From Octopus sinensis (lineage: Eukaryota): DNA of 64,000 bases. Each line of letters opens with the position of its first letter. Position 1 is the stretch's first letter. Where the stretch lies: positions 77,252,001 through 77,316,000 of the forward strand of contig NC_042999.1 in assembly GCF_006345805.1 (NCBI RefSeq), in the 5' to 3' direction. Positions 26,681 through 39,613 of the stretch are shown piece after piece. The position numbers were made by a program, and so were the translations under genes. A model generated the notes under the pieces. The model saw only the letters and a list, made by a program, of their open reading frames with translations, did no database searches and was not told where the DNA came from.

Positions 26681-27184
26681 GAAACTCAGAAAGACAGGAC
26701 AAAGTACTGGAGGACGATCTCAGGAGACCTGTCCTACACATTAGAAGTATTCAGGCTGCTTCCACTGCTGAGGAGCATTGGCCTGCAATAGTCCTGTGCC
26801 AACAGCTCATAAAAAGCACTCATGCTGGTGCTATGTTGACGTGCTCATGTGGTGCCATGTTAAAAACACCCAGTACACACTGTAAAGTGGTTGGCATTAG
26901 GGAGGACATCAAGCCAAATCAGACTGGAACCTAGTGCAGCTCTCCAGCATACCAGCTTCAGTCAAACTGTCCAACCCATGCTAACGTGTAAAACAGGCGT
27001 TAGAGGATCATCATCATCAAAGAAGCTAGTGATGGAAGTTTTGCGGAACTGTACAGAATGGCACAAGACAGACATGGGTGAAAGGCCACAAAGGCTCAGT
27101 TATTTTAGCCCTCCATCTAGAGAGAGAGAGGTTGAGAAAAAGGCAGAGGTGATATTTGTGCATTTCAATTAGTGAAAATGTTCT

Positions 27185-27640
27185 ATTCATTAGTTCTTTT
27201 ATCCATCCAGCTTGTTCTGAGAACGAATCTAAAATACCATTGTTCAAATGCTTCAATTTCCCTTTTATCAATTTTCTTTATAATCCAGCATTCAGCTCCA
27301 TAGATAGCTATTCTAAATAGTAATGAATTGAGGAGTCGTTTTTTATTTATTTGCAAGGAGATGACCTTATTCTTTCATATGTTGTTCTGTGATATCATGA
27401 CATTCTTGGCTATGCCAAGTCTTCTCTTGATTCCGTCATTGTAGTCATTAGTAATAAGAATACCAAGGTACACAAATTCTTTTACATTTTCAATATTTTC
27501 ATTGTTTATTTTTATGCAGTTTTGTTCATTGTTGTGCTTTTAGCTATTTTCACTACTTTCATTTTGGGGGAACTCAGATGAAGTCCAACTTGAGTACTTG
27601 CATCATTTCTCTATTAACTAAGTCATGTAGTGTTTGCATT
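27185..27640 (-). mobile_element. RTE/RTEX-like LINE RT fragment from a second family
   Basis: IENVKEFVYLGILI...IKRRLGIAK...AIYGAECWII...EIEAFEQWYFRFVLRTSWMDKRTNE. Confidence 0.85.
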
Positions 27641-30600
27641 GTCTCCATACTTCAGACTTGTGATGACCTCGCCCTAAAATTTAAAGTCTTTGTGCCCAAT
27701 CAAAAGAAACCAAATATAATTTTTAAATAAATTATATTAAAAACTTAGTATATTTGATTGTTTTGTTTTTTTAATCACCTGATAAGCTCATGAAGGCTCT
27801 CCAATCATCCAATGTAGAGCTAAGTTTATCCTATTTATTTTGAAACCCTTCATTGAGTGTCTGACAATTGCACACAACACAATGGTTTTATGAAAACACA
27901 TATTAATGAAATGTCTACTGCTATTATACATAATCTTCAACCACAAGTGTTAGACAACCTGAACTGACCTACTTTACTTCCATGTTCCGTTTTTTTCTTT
28001 TTATGGTTCTACTGTTTGTCACTTCTGAAAGACAGTCAGTAAAATAACAAAAAATATTGTTAAAATATACTCAATTACATCTTTGAATAAGGGGGAAATG
28101 AAATAGCTAACTTTGTGGCAAACCACCCTCTTATGCTACAATTATAAACCAGAAACAGATAATTAATAAAATCAAATTATAAACGTATTGAGTCACTGCT
28201 TGTGCTTTAAACCTTTATTATAATAATACATTTATGATACAAAGAATTATCACACCCTACAAACAATGCTACAATTGTAGTATATATTAGATTACCTGCA
28301 TTAAAACAAATTGTATAATATTCAGTAAAGTGGATGGTTTATATGTGGAGTGTACATGCCAAGTAACTTGAAAAATTTCAACTTCGCTCTTCACAAATTT
28401 CATATGCAAGATTTGGTTTTGGTTATACAATATCATGCTAATTTCTTTTAAATATTCACAGGTTTCTCTTCATGTCACCATTAAACCTTTATAAACCTAT
28501 AACATTTCCTCCTCTCCATCTACCACTCTCCTTTCATAATCTTATGAATTTACCCACCCACTCACCCTATCCAATCCCTGGTCCATTTCACTGTATACAC
28601 CTCCCTGTAACTTGGGTGTATGCCACATTACATCTTCACCATTTTATATCTCTCATTTCTTTACTCTCTCTCTCTTTCTCTCTCTCTCCAACTGCTGTAT
28701 CTCCCCTACTTATCACCTGGTAATACTACTCTCCACTCAGCTGAGGGGTCTTGTCCTGCAACTTATTTGGTAACCTCACTGTTGCTGGTGCCATGTAAAA
28801 AGCACCCTGTACACTCTGTAAAGTGGTTGGCATTTGGAAAGGCATCTAGCTGTAGAAACATACCAAAGCAGACAGCAGAGTTGACTTCAGCAGTATTTGG
28901 ACTTAGAAAATGTAGCAATTGTCTTTTGTAAAGGTGAAGACTGCATATATTTCATGGTGTGGTGGCAATGCAAGCCTGTGCTTTTACTTGACTTGTAATT
29001 GAGTTAATTCTCAACCAATCAGCTATTAGTGCGGTACAATATCAATAGGTATACCTTATTCCTGGCAGTTCTGTGAAGTGCTGGCACAACCTTGTCAGTG
29101 ACAGTCCAGTCTGATAGCCAGCCACTCTGATTATATGTATTACTGAATGAAGAGCAAGGATGATCCTACAGTTGATGCTTCCCAAAAATCAAAGTTCATT
29201 TTACACATCTTGTCATCAACAGAATAAGCTTAATTATAAAACAGGACTCATTCTACATGTAATGAATGCCATCCTCAACAGTATCAGGCTCATTCTATCA
29301 ACACTGTCATCAACAGAACAATATTTATTTTACAACGGATGCTAAATGATGATGACAATGATGATGAAACACTGTTGGCAGAACAGACCATTCTACATGT
29401 ATTGCTTCATAGTGAATATAAATTCAACACTTTCCAGGTAGCTTTCACATTAATTCACACCTGTTCACATGCAGATCCCTTTGCATGTGCTTACATACAC
29501 ACACACATACATGTATGCACACTCACATTCCTAGAATAAGCAAATAGACCCTTCATTGGTTTTGATGGCAAGTTTTCTAGTTGTTTGATCAACTGAATAA
29601 ATTACTCATTTATTTATTGTATAAGTAGTTGAGTATTCCTCAGCTGCATATACACTTAATATAATTTTCAGGTAGAATCAATGTGACACAGTGTGTAATT
29701 AAGTTGATCTTTGAATTAAGATACAGTCCCACTGACAATCTTCAACAGTTGGCATCTACTCTGTTTCATTCATAAGGCTTCGTTCAATCTAAGACTTTAT
29801 GGTAAAAGAAACTTGCCTAAGCTTGAATGCAATGGGATTAATCCTGAGATCTCATAATCAAGAAGCAATCACTGGTACTCCAGCGTGGTCACAGTCTTTG
29901 GCCTGAAATATATGAAAGAATACCCTTATATACACATGTTTACAGACTCACTTCTATGCACACCTGTACACATATACACACATAAGTTCACATCTCTGCA
30001 AACTCAGTTATATAGACAGACACATCCATATTATATTTGATCAAGCTCCTAGTAGTAGAATGTTGTGTACACTAATCAAGAATGTTGCACCATCCTTTAA
30101 GTTAGCTTGATCTTACCAGAACCAACATTTCACAACACCATATTATTTTCTCAGTTGTACTTACTCTGTCAACTACTAGTGGCAAGTAAATTTGTTTCAG
30201 TTTATTTTCATTCCATCACTTGTATATTGGTTTGATCTAAATTGTCTACAAATGTAAAAGGATAGAACTACTTATTCTGTCATCTACCACTCCTTTTCTC
30301 TGGCCAAATGACCATGGCATATAAGACGTGTGATCTTTTTCAATGTTTGATAGCATTAAATGTCAGGGAAGCTGTAAAATAGTTGCATATTTGATGGGAA
30401 CTGTTAAAAAAAGATGTCTATGGTCAGTCATCTCATTGCATATTTAATAACTGTTGGGTTGTTCTGTAGTTTTCTTGTATAAACTAAACTGAGCTCTCAT
30501 GTCCTCATTTGAATTTCAAATAGCACTATGTAGAATGTGTTTGTTGATATTTTCATGTGAAATTGTTTGACCAAATATTTTTATGGCTAGATGTTCTTTC

Positions 30601-31089
30601 TCACACCAACCATTGAGTCATGATGTTTTAAATTATATGCTGATTCAAATCCTGCCATGGTCAACTGTATGTTTTACCACCATCCATCCAGCAAAGGCCA
30701 TTTTGTATGGTTGTTCAGCTTGCTAGAAAAAGCAGATAAATTTCACTCAATCACAACATAGTGTCATCAGGAAATAGAGGAAGTACATATTGAATAATGT
30801 ATTCACCTTCCTAACTCTCTTTTATCATATAGATGGTGCCAGGAACTATTTCATTTTTAACCAATTTTCTCCAACAAATATATAATTTTGAGTATTTTGT
30901 AGTTCTTTAATCGCTAACACTTTATCAGATACAGTGATATTATCTTTTACTGATGAGCCTTTAATTAAAGTAAAATGTGTGGAATTGTTTGTCTTCAGTG
31001 CACGTTGGCCATCACAGCTAAAGTCATGTGGAAAAAAAAATCATTACCACTTAAAATATTATTAGTCACCAATTAATATTAAATAACTG

Positions 31090-32790
31090 AGCACGAAAGA
31101 TCTTGTCAGTAAAATCAGTACTTGCAACCACTCCAACGACCTCACAGGTTGTGTAGTGGGTAGTATGGATGTGATTTCACTCTACCCATCTGTAGACATA
31201 GATTTTGTTGTGGAGAAATGCATTGAAATAATCTGTGAGAGTGAAGTAGAGTTCTGTGAAGTCAACACAAAGGAACTGGGCTTCCTCCTTAGACTAAGCT
31301 ACAACAGTGACTGTTTAGACAGCCATGACCTCAGTAGATTCTGCCCCACCAGGTCACAGAGAAGAAGACCATCCGCCATCATCTCAGCAGTGAAGGAAAG
31401 CACCACAGAGCACTGGAGTTGCTGGACCGTACCCACCCAAGACCCTGAGAACAACAATCAGGTGAAAGGAATGATTGCACAAGCAATAGGAGCTGGTGCA
31501 AGAACCACCTTCAAGAACCACATAGTAAAGTTTAACAAGAAGCTATATGTGTAGATTCAAGTGCAGCCATTGGTGTCAGTGTAGCTGGAGATGTGGCCAA
31601 CCAAATCATGACCTGGTGAGACAGAAAACTTAAGCAATCTTTAGCAGAACAGTCCACAACACTTCTACTTTACAATAGGTATGTAGATGACATTAATATC
31701 CTACTTAAGGCTAACTCTAGTAATGGTAATGTAGAAACTGAGATGAACATAATGGAGAGCTTCCAGCAAGTAGCTAACTCCATCCAGCAAAGTATCAAGG
31801 TAACTATAGATTACCCCACTAGGCACCCCAACAATAGACTCCCCATCCTTGATCCTGAAGTTTGGTTAGAACAACTGAGTGCAGCTCCTCCACTTCTATG
31901 ACATGAAACCCATAGCTTCAAAATATGTTGTTCACAAGAACTCTGCTTTGTCACACAACATGAAAATTAACATACTGATAGCAGACTTAATAAGATAATG
32001 CACAATGTGTCCCCACTATGCAAACCCTATGAAACGAAGAAACATGTACAGAACTTCATGCACCACATGGAGTTCTCTAAATATGATCAGAAAGATAGGG
32101 TTCGAGCATACAGGGATGCTAGAAAGTTGGATAATATTATATGTAATGAAACCAGTGGTACCTGCCCTAGATATAGAAGCAAAGACTGGAATAGGATACA
32201 AAGAGCTTGTGACAAAGCAAACAGGGCGAACACGTGGTATAAAACCGACAAATATCAAGGAGTGATGTTTGTAGAGGCCACAGCCCATGGAGAACTAGCC
32301 TGTAGATTTAAGAAAGCTCTGATGGAGACTAAATTCAACATTAACATTGTTGAAAAGCCAGGGAACTCCATCAGATCACAACTATATAGGACATACCTCT
32401 TTGAGAATACCATATGCACCAATGATAACTGCATGGTATGTAGGATTAGCCCTGACATTAACTTTAGAACTATTAATGTAGTCTACAGCATACAATGCAT
32501 AGAAGGTGCTTGTAAAGACATGAACATGACATACATAGGGGAGACATCTAGGAGCATTGTGGAAAGATGAAATGAACATTTGAGAAAATATGACAACAAA
32601 AAACAGTCCTCCATACTCTACCAACATGGAGGCAACCTGGGTCAACTTGACATCTGCATTTTATCCAAGCCCCCAAAAGACCCAACCCTCAGAAAATTAA
32701 AAGAGTACGTCCTCATAAATGAAACCTCCCCAGTACTAAATAGGAAATATGCACAGTATGTAAATCATACCTCCATACCCACAGTTTATA
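31090..32790 (+). mobile_element. Decayed Penelope-like element (RT + C-terminal GIY-YIG endonuclease)
   Basis: GSMDVISLYPS at 31156, RYVDDI at about 31677, NNRLPILD, and NVVYSIQC...C...YIGETSRSIVER*NEH at about 32475-32580. Multiple stops and frameshifts. Confidence 0.92.
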
Positions 32791-32819
32791 TTTATATACA
32801 GGTAGAATAGTTAGTGGGC

Positions 32820-33200
32820 TATTATGTAGATGTATGTGTGTGTGTATATATGTATATGCATGTGTATGTAGGCAAATGGATATGAAAGTAAACAGATAGA
32901 CATATAGACAGATAGTTACATAGGTAATATGAACAGACAAGCACACATACACACACACATATGCAAATGAAGACTGAAACACATGACTATATACACACAT
33001 ACTTCACTTCACACAAGGACACATATGGAGACACACATCCACACATAGACACTGTACATTGTCACAAAAACCCATACACACAGATCCACTCAGACATGCA
33101 CACACAGAGACAGAAGGACACACACAAACACACATGAATATGGAGAATACACATACATGTATACATATACACACACTGACTCAAACATGTGCACAAACAA
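32820..33200. repeat. Compound GT-rich then AC-rich simple repeat
   Basis: Read directly; it follows the 3' end of the Penelope-like element. Confidence 0.8.
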
Positions 33201-34162
33201 CCAAAACGAACGCAGCTTGGATAATGGACAGTCAACAACTATTGAAAAGGTTGCAAGACACAACGAAAATTTTAGAAAAATAAATAAGTAAATGAGTGGA
33301 AATTTTACCGGTGTGTGTGTGTTAATTCATAAGGCACTAAAAAAGAATGACTCTCCCTAGACAAATTAAAATTTAATATTTTTCATTAAAACTGTTCCAA
33401 GTTAACCTGATAATTAGTTATTGCTAGACACAAGTGCATTGCTTTAAAAGTCTTTTTAAAGCTTTCTGGTTAAGAAATTTGCTTCTCCACTTAGGAGATC
33501 CAAGTGTCATACAGCGCCCCCATTTTATATTTTTTGGAGTGAAATTTGGTAGATAAGTTGGTCATGTTTTGTGTGTATTGGTGTAAAATGGTGTTTCGAG
33601 TTATGTCCCTTAGCATCCAACCGAAAATGCATGCCTTAGAAAAGTAGAAATTTTTACTTTTACTATAGAAAGAGTTATTCCCCATACATCATCTTTTAAC
33701 ATTTTTTAAAATAAACTTTTGCTAAAATCTGCTTGCTATATTCAGTATTTTTTATACATGTATTAAAATTAAGTAAGTCTTTGCAAAAAGTAGTGATTTA
33801 TGGGAAAAATCGATTGAATATTTTTGCTAGATTTAGCATTTAGTCCTTTTCCTCCACTTCAAACATGATGGTTCTATAAGCTATGATTTCACTTAGAAAA
33901 CTTCCTCAGTTTCTGTCCAGTCTGTATTGTATTCCACTTTCTCCTTCATACACTCTCTTCACTAAACTTTTCACACTCTCTCTCTCTCTCTCTCTCTCTC
34001 AACACCTTCCAATCTTTGGAAACATTGCAGTGTGTCCCACTCCCACAAAGCATTACTCCACTGAATCTATAATCTAGCTTCGTATTTTCAACATCTCAAA
34101 CGTGATGAAGACACCCATTAGCAGGTGGCCTTCTCCAACACCTTGAATCTCTTTAATGAAGC

Positions 34163-34530
34163 CATCATCATCATTTAGCGTCCGCTTTCCATGCTAGCAT
34201 GGGTTGGACAGTTCAACTGGGGTCTGGGAAGCCAGAAGGCTGCACCAGGCCCAGTCTGATCTGGCAATGTTTCTACGGCTGGATGCCCTTCCTAACGCCA
34301 ACCACTCCGTGAGTGTAGTGAGTGCTTTTTACGTGCCACCGGCACAGGTGCCAGACAGGGCTGGCAAACGGCCACGGTCGGATGGTGCTTTTTACATGCT
34401 ACCAGCACGGGAGCCAGGCGAGGCTGGCTATGGCCACGATTGGATGGTGCTTTTTACATGCCACCGGCACGGAGGCCCATCGGGGCGGCCCTAGCAATGG
34501 CCATGTTCGGATGGTTCGCTTACGTGCCAC
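34163..34530 (-). mobile_element. Young family-B (RTE-tail) repeat with three internal ~60-bp tandem units
   Basis: CATCATCATTTAGCGTCCGCTTTCCATGCTAGCATGGG. CpG-rich, with repeated GTGCTTTTTACATGC units. Confidence 0.9.
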
Positions 34531-34539
34531 TATCTATAG

Positions 34540-34860
34540 GAAACCTACACTTCTGATTTGCTCACAAGTGGGTTTCTACCCTCAAGAAATTTGGTGCAAA
34601 GTGTTATTGCCTTTGAAATCAGCACATCTATTGAGTATGTCTGGTATGTAAATCCCCAAGTAAAACTGGCTGTATTGGATTACTGGCTTTGTGTTGGATT
34701 GCAGCATGAGCCAATGGATCTCTTTTTAACCCACATTCTATCAGCTATGTTCTGCCACAAGATTTCAAGTCGTCCCCATGTTTTGTACACATCAGTGACC
34801 TGCTTGTTGGTACCTTCAACAATGCCTACTTTTAAGATTCTACTCTTTGTTGCGCCTTAA
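34540..34860 (-). mobile_element. Possible ancient LINE endonuclease remnant
   Basis: Minus frame PVLLGDLHTRHTQ* resembles the APE GDFN..H..W motif. Heavily decayed. Confidence 0.35.
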
Positions 34861-35815
34861 CCTTTTGCACACAAGTGTCATTCTCCTGCAACCTAAATAG
34901 ATATTTCATACTGAAACTATACTGGCTCCACAAACAAAGTCTAGAAAAACATTCTCTTATAGAATGATATCAACCTCGTCTTTTTCAACAATACAAAGGC
35001 ACAAATATCTTGGGAATGTTGTTGCTATATACGTGTCTTACACCATGCAAAGAAAAGCCACTTAACTGATTGGTAGATACTGAGTCATTCACCAACAAAC
35101 TCCAACTGCTGCTCCACAGGCAATTTTGTCTCCTCTTTTTGTCTTTAATGCCACTGCAATATTAACTTCTTAGAATTGACTGGTCTCATATCATCTTCAC
35201 TCAAGCAATTCTGACTCATCTCATTCCTTTCATCATCTATATTGTGTCCACTCCTTCAGGCCACACTAACCATTACACCTAGTTCAGCTTCTCCAGAACT
35301 TTGACTCTTTGGAATCCCTTATCTACATATGCTTTTCAACTGTTAGTGTGTTGCATAATTTTTTAGTTGAATTTTATACCTTATTTCATCATTTCAAATG
35401 AGATTAAATGATGATGATGATATATAACATGATATATTGTAGAAGAGTAATGTTAACCATTTTGAAAATACACAAAAACTGTTACATTCAGTTTCATTAA
35501 TTTCTGAATGATATCTTATGAAGTGTCGGAAATTTTCATCAAACTTACAACTTGGAACTTGGTTACACACTCAATCCCACAGCAGTTATGTTTTAGTGAT
35601 CAAGTCACAGAAGTGTGGCACTTTTTGACATCTTACAGGATATGAGTAGAATCCATTCTACTCATCTATAATTTGGCGTGTGTATGTCTGTACAACTATG
35701 TGTTTATGTATTTGGATGTAAATGAATGGAAAGGAAAAAAAGAATTACATTTTTTTGTGATAGTATACACATTTACAAGGTCACTTTTGTAGTGGGAGCA
35801 ATAGCTATTTTTCCA

Positions 35816-36004
35816 GCCGGGCGAAATGCTTAGCAATATTTCGTCTGCCATTACGTTCTGAGTTCAAATTCTGCCGAGGTTGACTTTGCCTTTCATCCTT
35901 TTGGGGTCGATAAAGTACCAGTTACGCACTGGGGTCGATATAATCGACTTAATCCCTTTGTCTGTCCCCTCTATGTTTAGCCCCTCGTGGGTAGTAAAGA
36001 AATA
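35816..36004 (+). mobile_element. Young 5'-truncated tRNA-derived SINE (family A)
   Basis: Exact 10-bp TSD TATTTTTCCA at 35806-35815 and 36005-36014. B-box-like GAGTTCAAAT is present. Confidence 0.9.
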
Positions 36005-36377
36005 TATTTTTCCAAAACTGGGAATACTAAAGTAAATGATTACTTTTGAATGTCAAAATGATTGGTAGCACATGTTCTTCATTGTTTGCAAAATCCTCAT
36101 AGAAATTGGTATAACCATGTGATTTCTTTCTATATATTTTCTGTAATGTCCTTGAACTTTATCATAACAAAATCTCCAAAAAGAGGTAAAGGAACCATTA
36201 CAGGTTCTGCAAGTTGTCTTGGATTTGGAGGATTGATTTTCACTTCCCCTTCATCAACTGAACTTTGTTTTTAATTGTGTGTATGTATGAGCACACACAC
36301 ACTATTGATATATTTAGCATATGGCTGTCATATTTCTAATCTTATATGTATATCTTATTTATCAAAACAATCATCAT

Positions 36378-36452
36378 TAACTAATTGTCTTTTCCATCTT
36401 TTGTAGGTAAGTATTTTTACAAGTAATATTTCCTACAACTACTCAGGTAAGA
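36378..36452 (+). other. Candidate recursive splice site / 40-nt cassette exon (36407-36446)
   Basis: Branch-like TAACTAAT, pyrimidine tract, TAG|GTAAGT, then a second donor CAG|GTAAGA at 36447. Confidence 0.45.
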
Positions 36453-37329
36453 TACATATTGTATATCTTAATATAATGATTAAATTGATCTTCAGGAAAT
36501 TGTTTATTTATCTTCTTTATTTAAGTTAATAAAATATTTTAATGATTGATTTTACACTTCAAAGGTAAAATTGAAATTTTGTGTGTGTCTATGTGTGTAG
36601 GTTAATGCATACATGCATACATTTTGAAAATTCAACAAGTAAATTATAAAAGTGTTAATTTCTGTGATGTAACTTTATCTGTTATAATCAGATCTTTTTT
36701 TATTGGGGAAATTTAAAGAATAGTCAAAGATTTATATATTGATTTTATAAACAAATTGATATTGAATGAAATATTTTACTATAACAATATTTATTTCAGT
36801 AAATATACTGTCAGTAAATCAACATACTCTTGGGAAAGAAAGGTGTTACATTGAAGATACATAAAAAGAAAGTGGTATTTGATCTATATTCAGTAAAATT
36901 ATAAGGGAAAATACAGTAACTAAAAAAAGAAATCACAAAAAATATGCATAATCTTTTACTGGTTCCAGTCAGTGATCTGTAGCCATTCTATGGTATTATT
37001 ATATGGTACAATTTTAATTATCCTCTCAATTCTTAACTTTTAAAAAATTGTCCTTTTTTTTTTTCTGCAGCAGTTTCCTGTTGCAGACTTTGGAGTTCAC
37101 TACTTTTAATTCAATCATTCAGATTTTAAATACTTTTTATTACTCAATTTATTTTTACTGTACTAATTATGAAATTTTTTAAATACCTCTTTCATTTTAC
37201 AAACTTTTTTTATTTGTAAAGACTATCTAGCTATTATTTTATTTCTTTTGAATTATAAAATGCATTGGGCTCATTTAAGATACAGGCATACATACATACT
37301 TATAAGAATATATTCATGCATATTAATGC

Positions 37330-37490
37330 ACATATAATATAATGAACTTATTGTATACAATGCTCAGGTGCTCTACAATTCAGCAGAAACAGTAACCAAA
37401 ATTTTATGAACAGTACATTGAATATGCACATGAAGTGAACAGTGATAAAGTCTTTAAAAAATATGTATATAACAATATCTACAAACCAAT
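37330..37490 (-). mobile_element. CR1-type LINE 3' tail fragment
   Basis: AATGAACTTATTGTATACAATGCTCAGGTGC matches the tail of 43215-43990. Confidence 0.65.
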
Positions 37491-38900
37491 TAGACACATT
37501 TAACTCTTTACTTGGTGTATCCTCAAAATTTATGCTGTAACACTCTTTTCAGCTTGGTGTATAGATTTTTTTTTTCCAGTTATAAACTATATTCTTTTAG
37601 CTGGTTACATGGTTTGACAATGATAGCATAGTTTTCAAATTAAGGAAGATCTCAAAGCCTCCAATTTCCACCCTCTTACAACGCTGGGACATCTCATTCA
37701 ATTATCCAAAGAGATTTTAAATGGCTATTATCTGTTTTCATTAGTCTGTTTTCAAATTTCTTTTGTCTCAATGTGACATGAATAATGTTTCTGATGATGA
37801 TGATTTTGTCAATGGTGATGGCTGTTGCTGTTGTTTTGGAAGTGATGGACATAGAGATTACTTCATACAATAAAAACCTTAGTAAATATTTCTTTCATTA
37901 GTGTTCAAAATAATCAAGAAAAATCGTAATTCTTTCCATTTAAAACTGCTGGCATCACTCATGAGTGTGTCTCTAGTAAAATCAGTTGAAAATATCTAGC
38001 TCCAAATATTTTTATGGTTCTATCTGGCAGAAAGGGCTATGCCCATGTCCTTAGCAGGTCCGCCAAGTCTAATGTAATTGATTGTTTCTTTGATCTGTAA
38101 CTAAAAGTTAATGATTTCAGAAGAACAAGGGCAGAGAAGGAATTCTTGACAATCGATGTTCTGTAAAGTAATAATTAAACATCGGGATTTGTGGAGGGGT
38201 AACATATGGCTGATGAAAGGAGGTGAGACAAGTGAGCCAGTTTGACTTGGATAGAGATGGTACAAGACCAGCCAGGTCAAAGAAATAGAAGCCACTGAAG
38301 TAATGAAGAGTTAGAGTGTTGATGGGCAACTTCTTGCTAATCAGTTGGATGACCATACGAAGTTACATAGCTTAATGAAATGTTTACCATTGAATATTTT
38401 ACAATATACACAGATATATATATATATATAATTTAAATAAGAAAACAAAGAAAGACTTTAGCACATTTTTAATGCCCATTTACAATTATTTCTGTACCAA
38501 TTCTGCTTTCAACATCAGTTCATACAAAAGTTCTGATTGAAAATTTGCATAATATTTACAGTTTTAAACATTAGAGTGACACTTTCTCAGACCTAGGAAG
38601 TGCACCACCTGTTCCCGGTGGAACAAGTGGTGCACTTTTTGGAATGATTTGATGCATTACTTTTCCATATATAATAATAGAAAAAATTATTATACCTGTG
38701 TTTGTTTTGATATTAAGATTGAAAAAAAAATTGGCCTTGTTTGCACCTGCTGAATAAATTTTGTTCTCAGACCATCATCAAAGATGCACTCTCACATTGT
38801 GCATCTGCTAGACTTTGTGCTTTGCCTATATCAGGAGGAAACAGAAAATAAATAATGATGAAAATGTAAAAAGATTGTGCATAGATGGACAAGACAAGTA

Positions 38901-39135
38901 CAGTAATCCCTCACCATATCACGGTTCACCTATTGCACACTCAGTACAGTGTGGTTCACCTATCACGCATTCAGTACATCGTAGATTTTTCCAGCTAATA
39001 TGTGTAAATTTATATCACAGACTCCTCAGTGTATCGCAGGTTTCTGCAGGCGATAGGTATTTATATTTTTTAGATTCTAATTATTTCTGTGGGAGGTTTT
39101 GGAACATAACACCCATGATAGTCAAGGCATTACTG
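38901..39135. mobile_element. pogo/Tigger-like (Tc1/mariner) MITE
   Basis: TA|CAGTAATCCCTCACCATATCACGG ... CCCATGATAGTCAAGGCATTACTG|TA: imperfect ~24-bp TIRs with a TA duplication. Confidence 0.8.
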
Positions 39136-39366
39136 TATGGTGAATTTGACAAAATAGACAAGTATGGTTAGAGGGTGAAGAAGTAGTAATATATATATCA
39201 TCATTGTCAATATTCCATGCTGGTATAGGTTGAATGGTTTGACAGAAGCTGGCAAGGCCAGGAGCCACACAAGGTTCCATTGTTTTGGCGTGGTTCTACA
39301 GCTGAATACCCTTCCACTTTACAGAGTTCACTGGGTACTTTTTATGTGGTACCAGTGCTTTTTAAC

Positions 39367-39613
39367 ATGGCACCAGCTCCAGTGATTTTTACATGGCACC
39401 AGCTCCAGTGATTTTTACATGGTGCCAGTACCAGTGCTTCTTATGTGACACCAGTACCAGTGCTTCTTATGTGGCACCAGTACCAGTGCTTCTCATGTGG
39501 CACCAGTACCAGTGCTTCTTACGTGGCACCAGTACCAGTGCTTCTTACGTGGCACCAGTACCAGTGCTTCTTACGTGGCACCAGTACCAGTGCTTCTTAC
39601 GTGGCACCAGTAC
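39367..39613. repeat. 26-bp minisatellite, about 9.5 units, inside a family-B repeat
   Basis: Unit GTGGCACCAGTACCAGTGCTTCTTAC; units start at 39367 + 26n. Confidence 0.95.
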
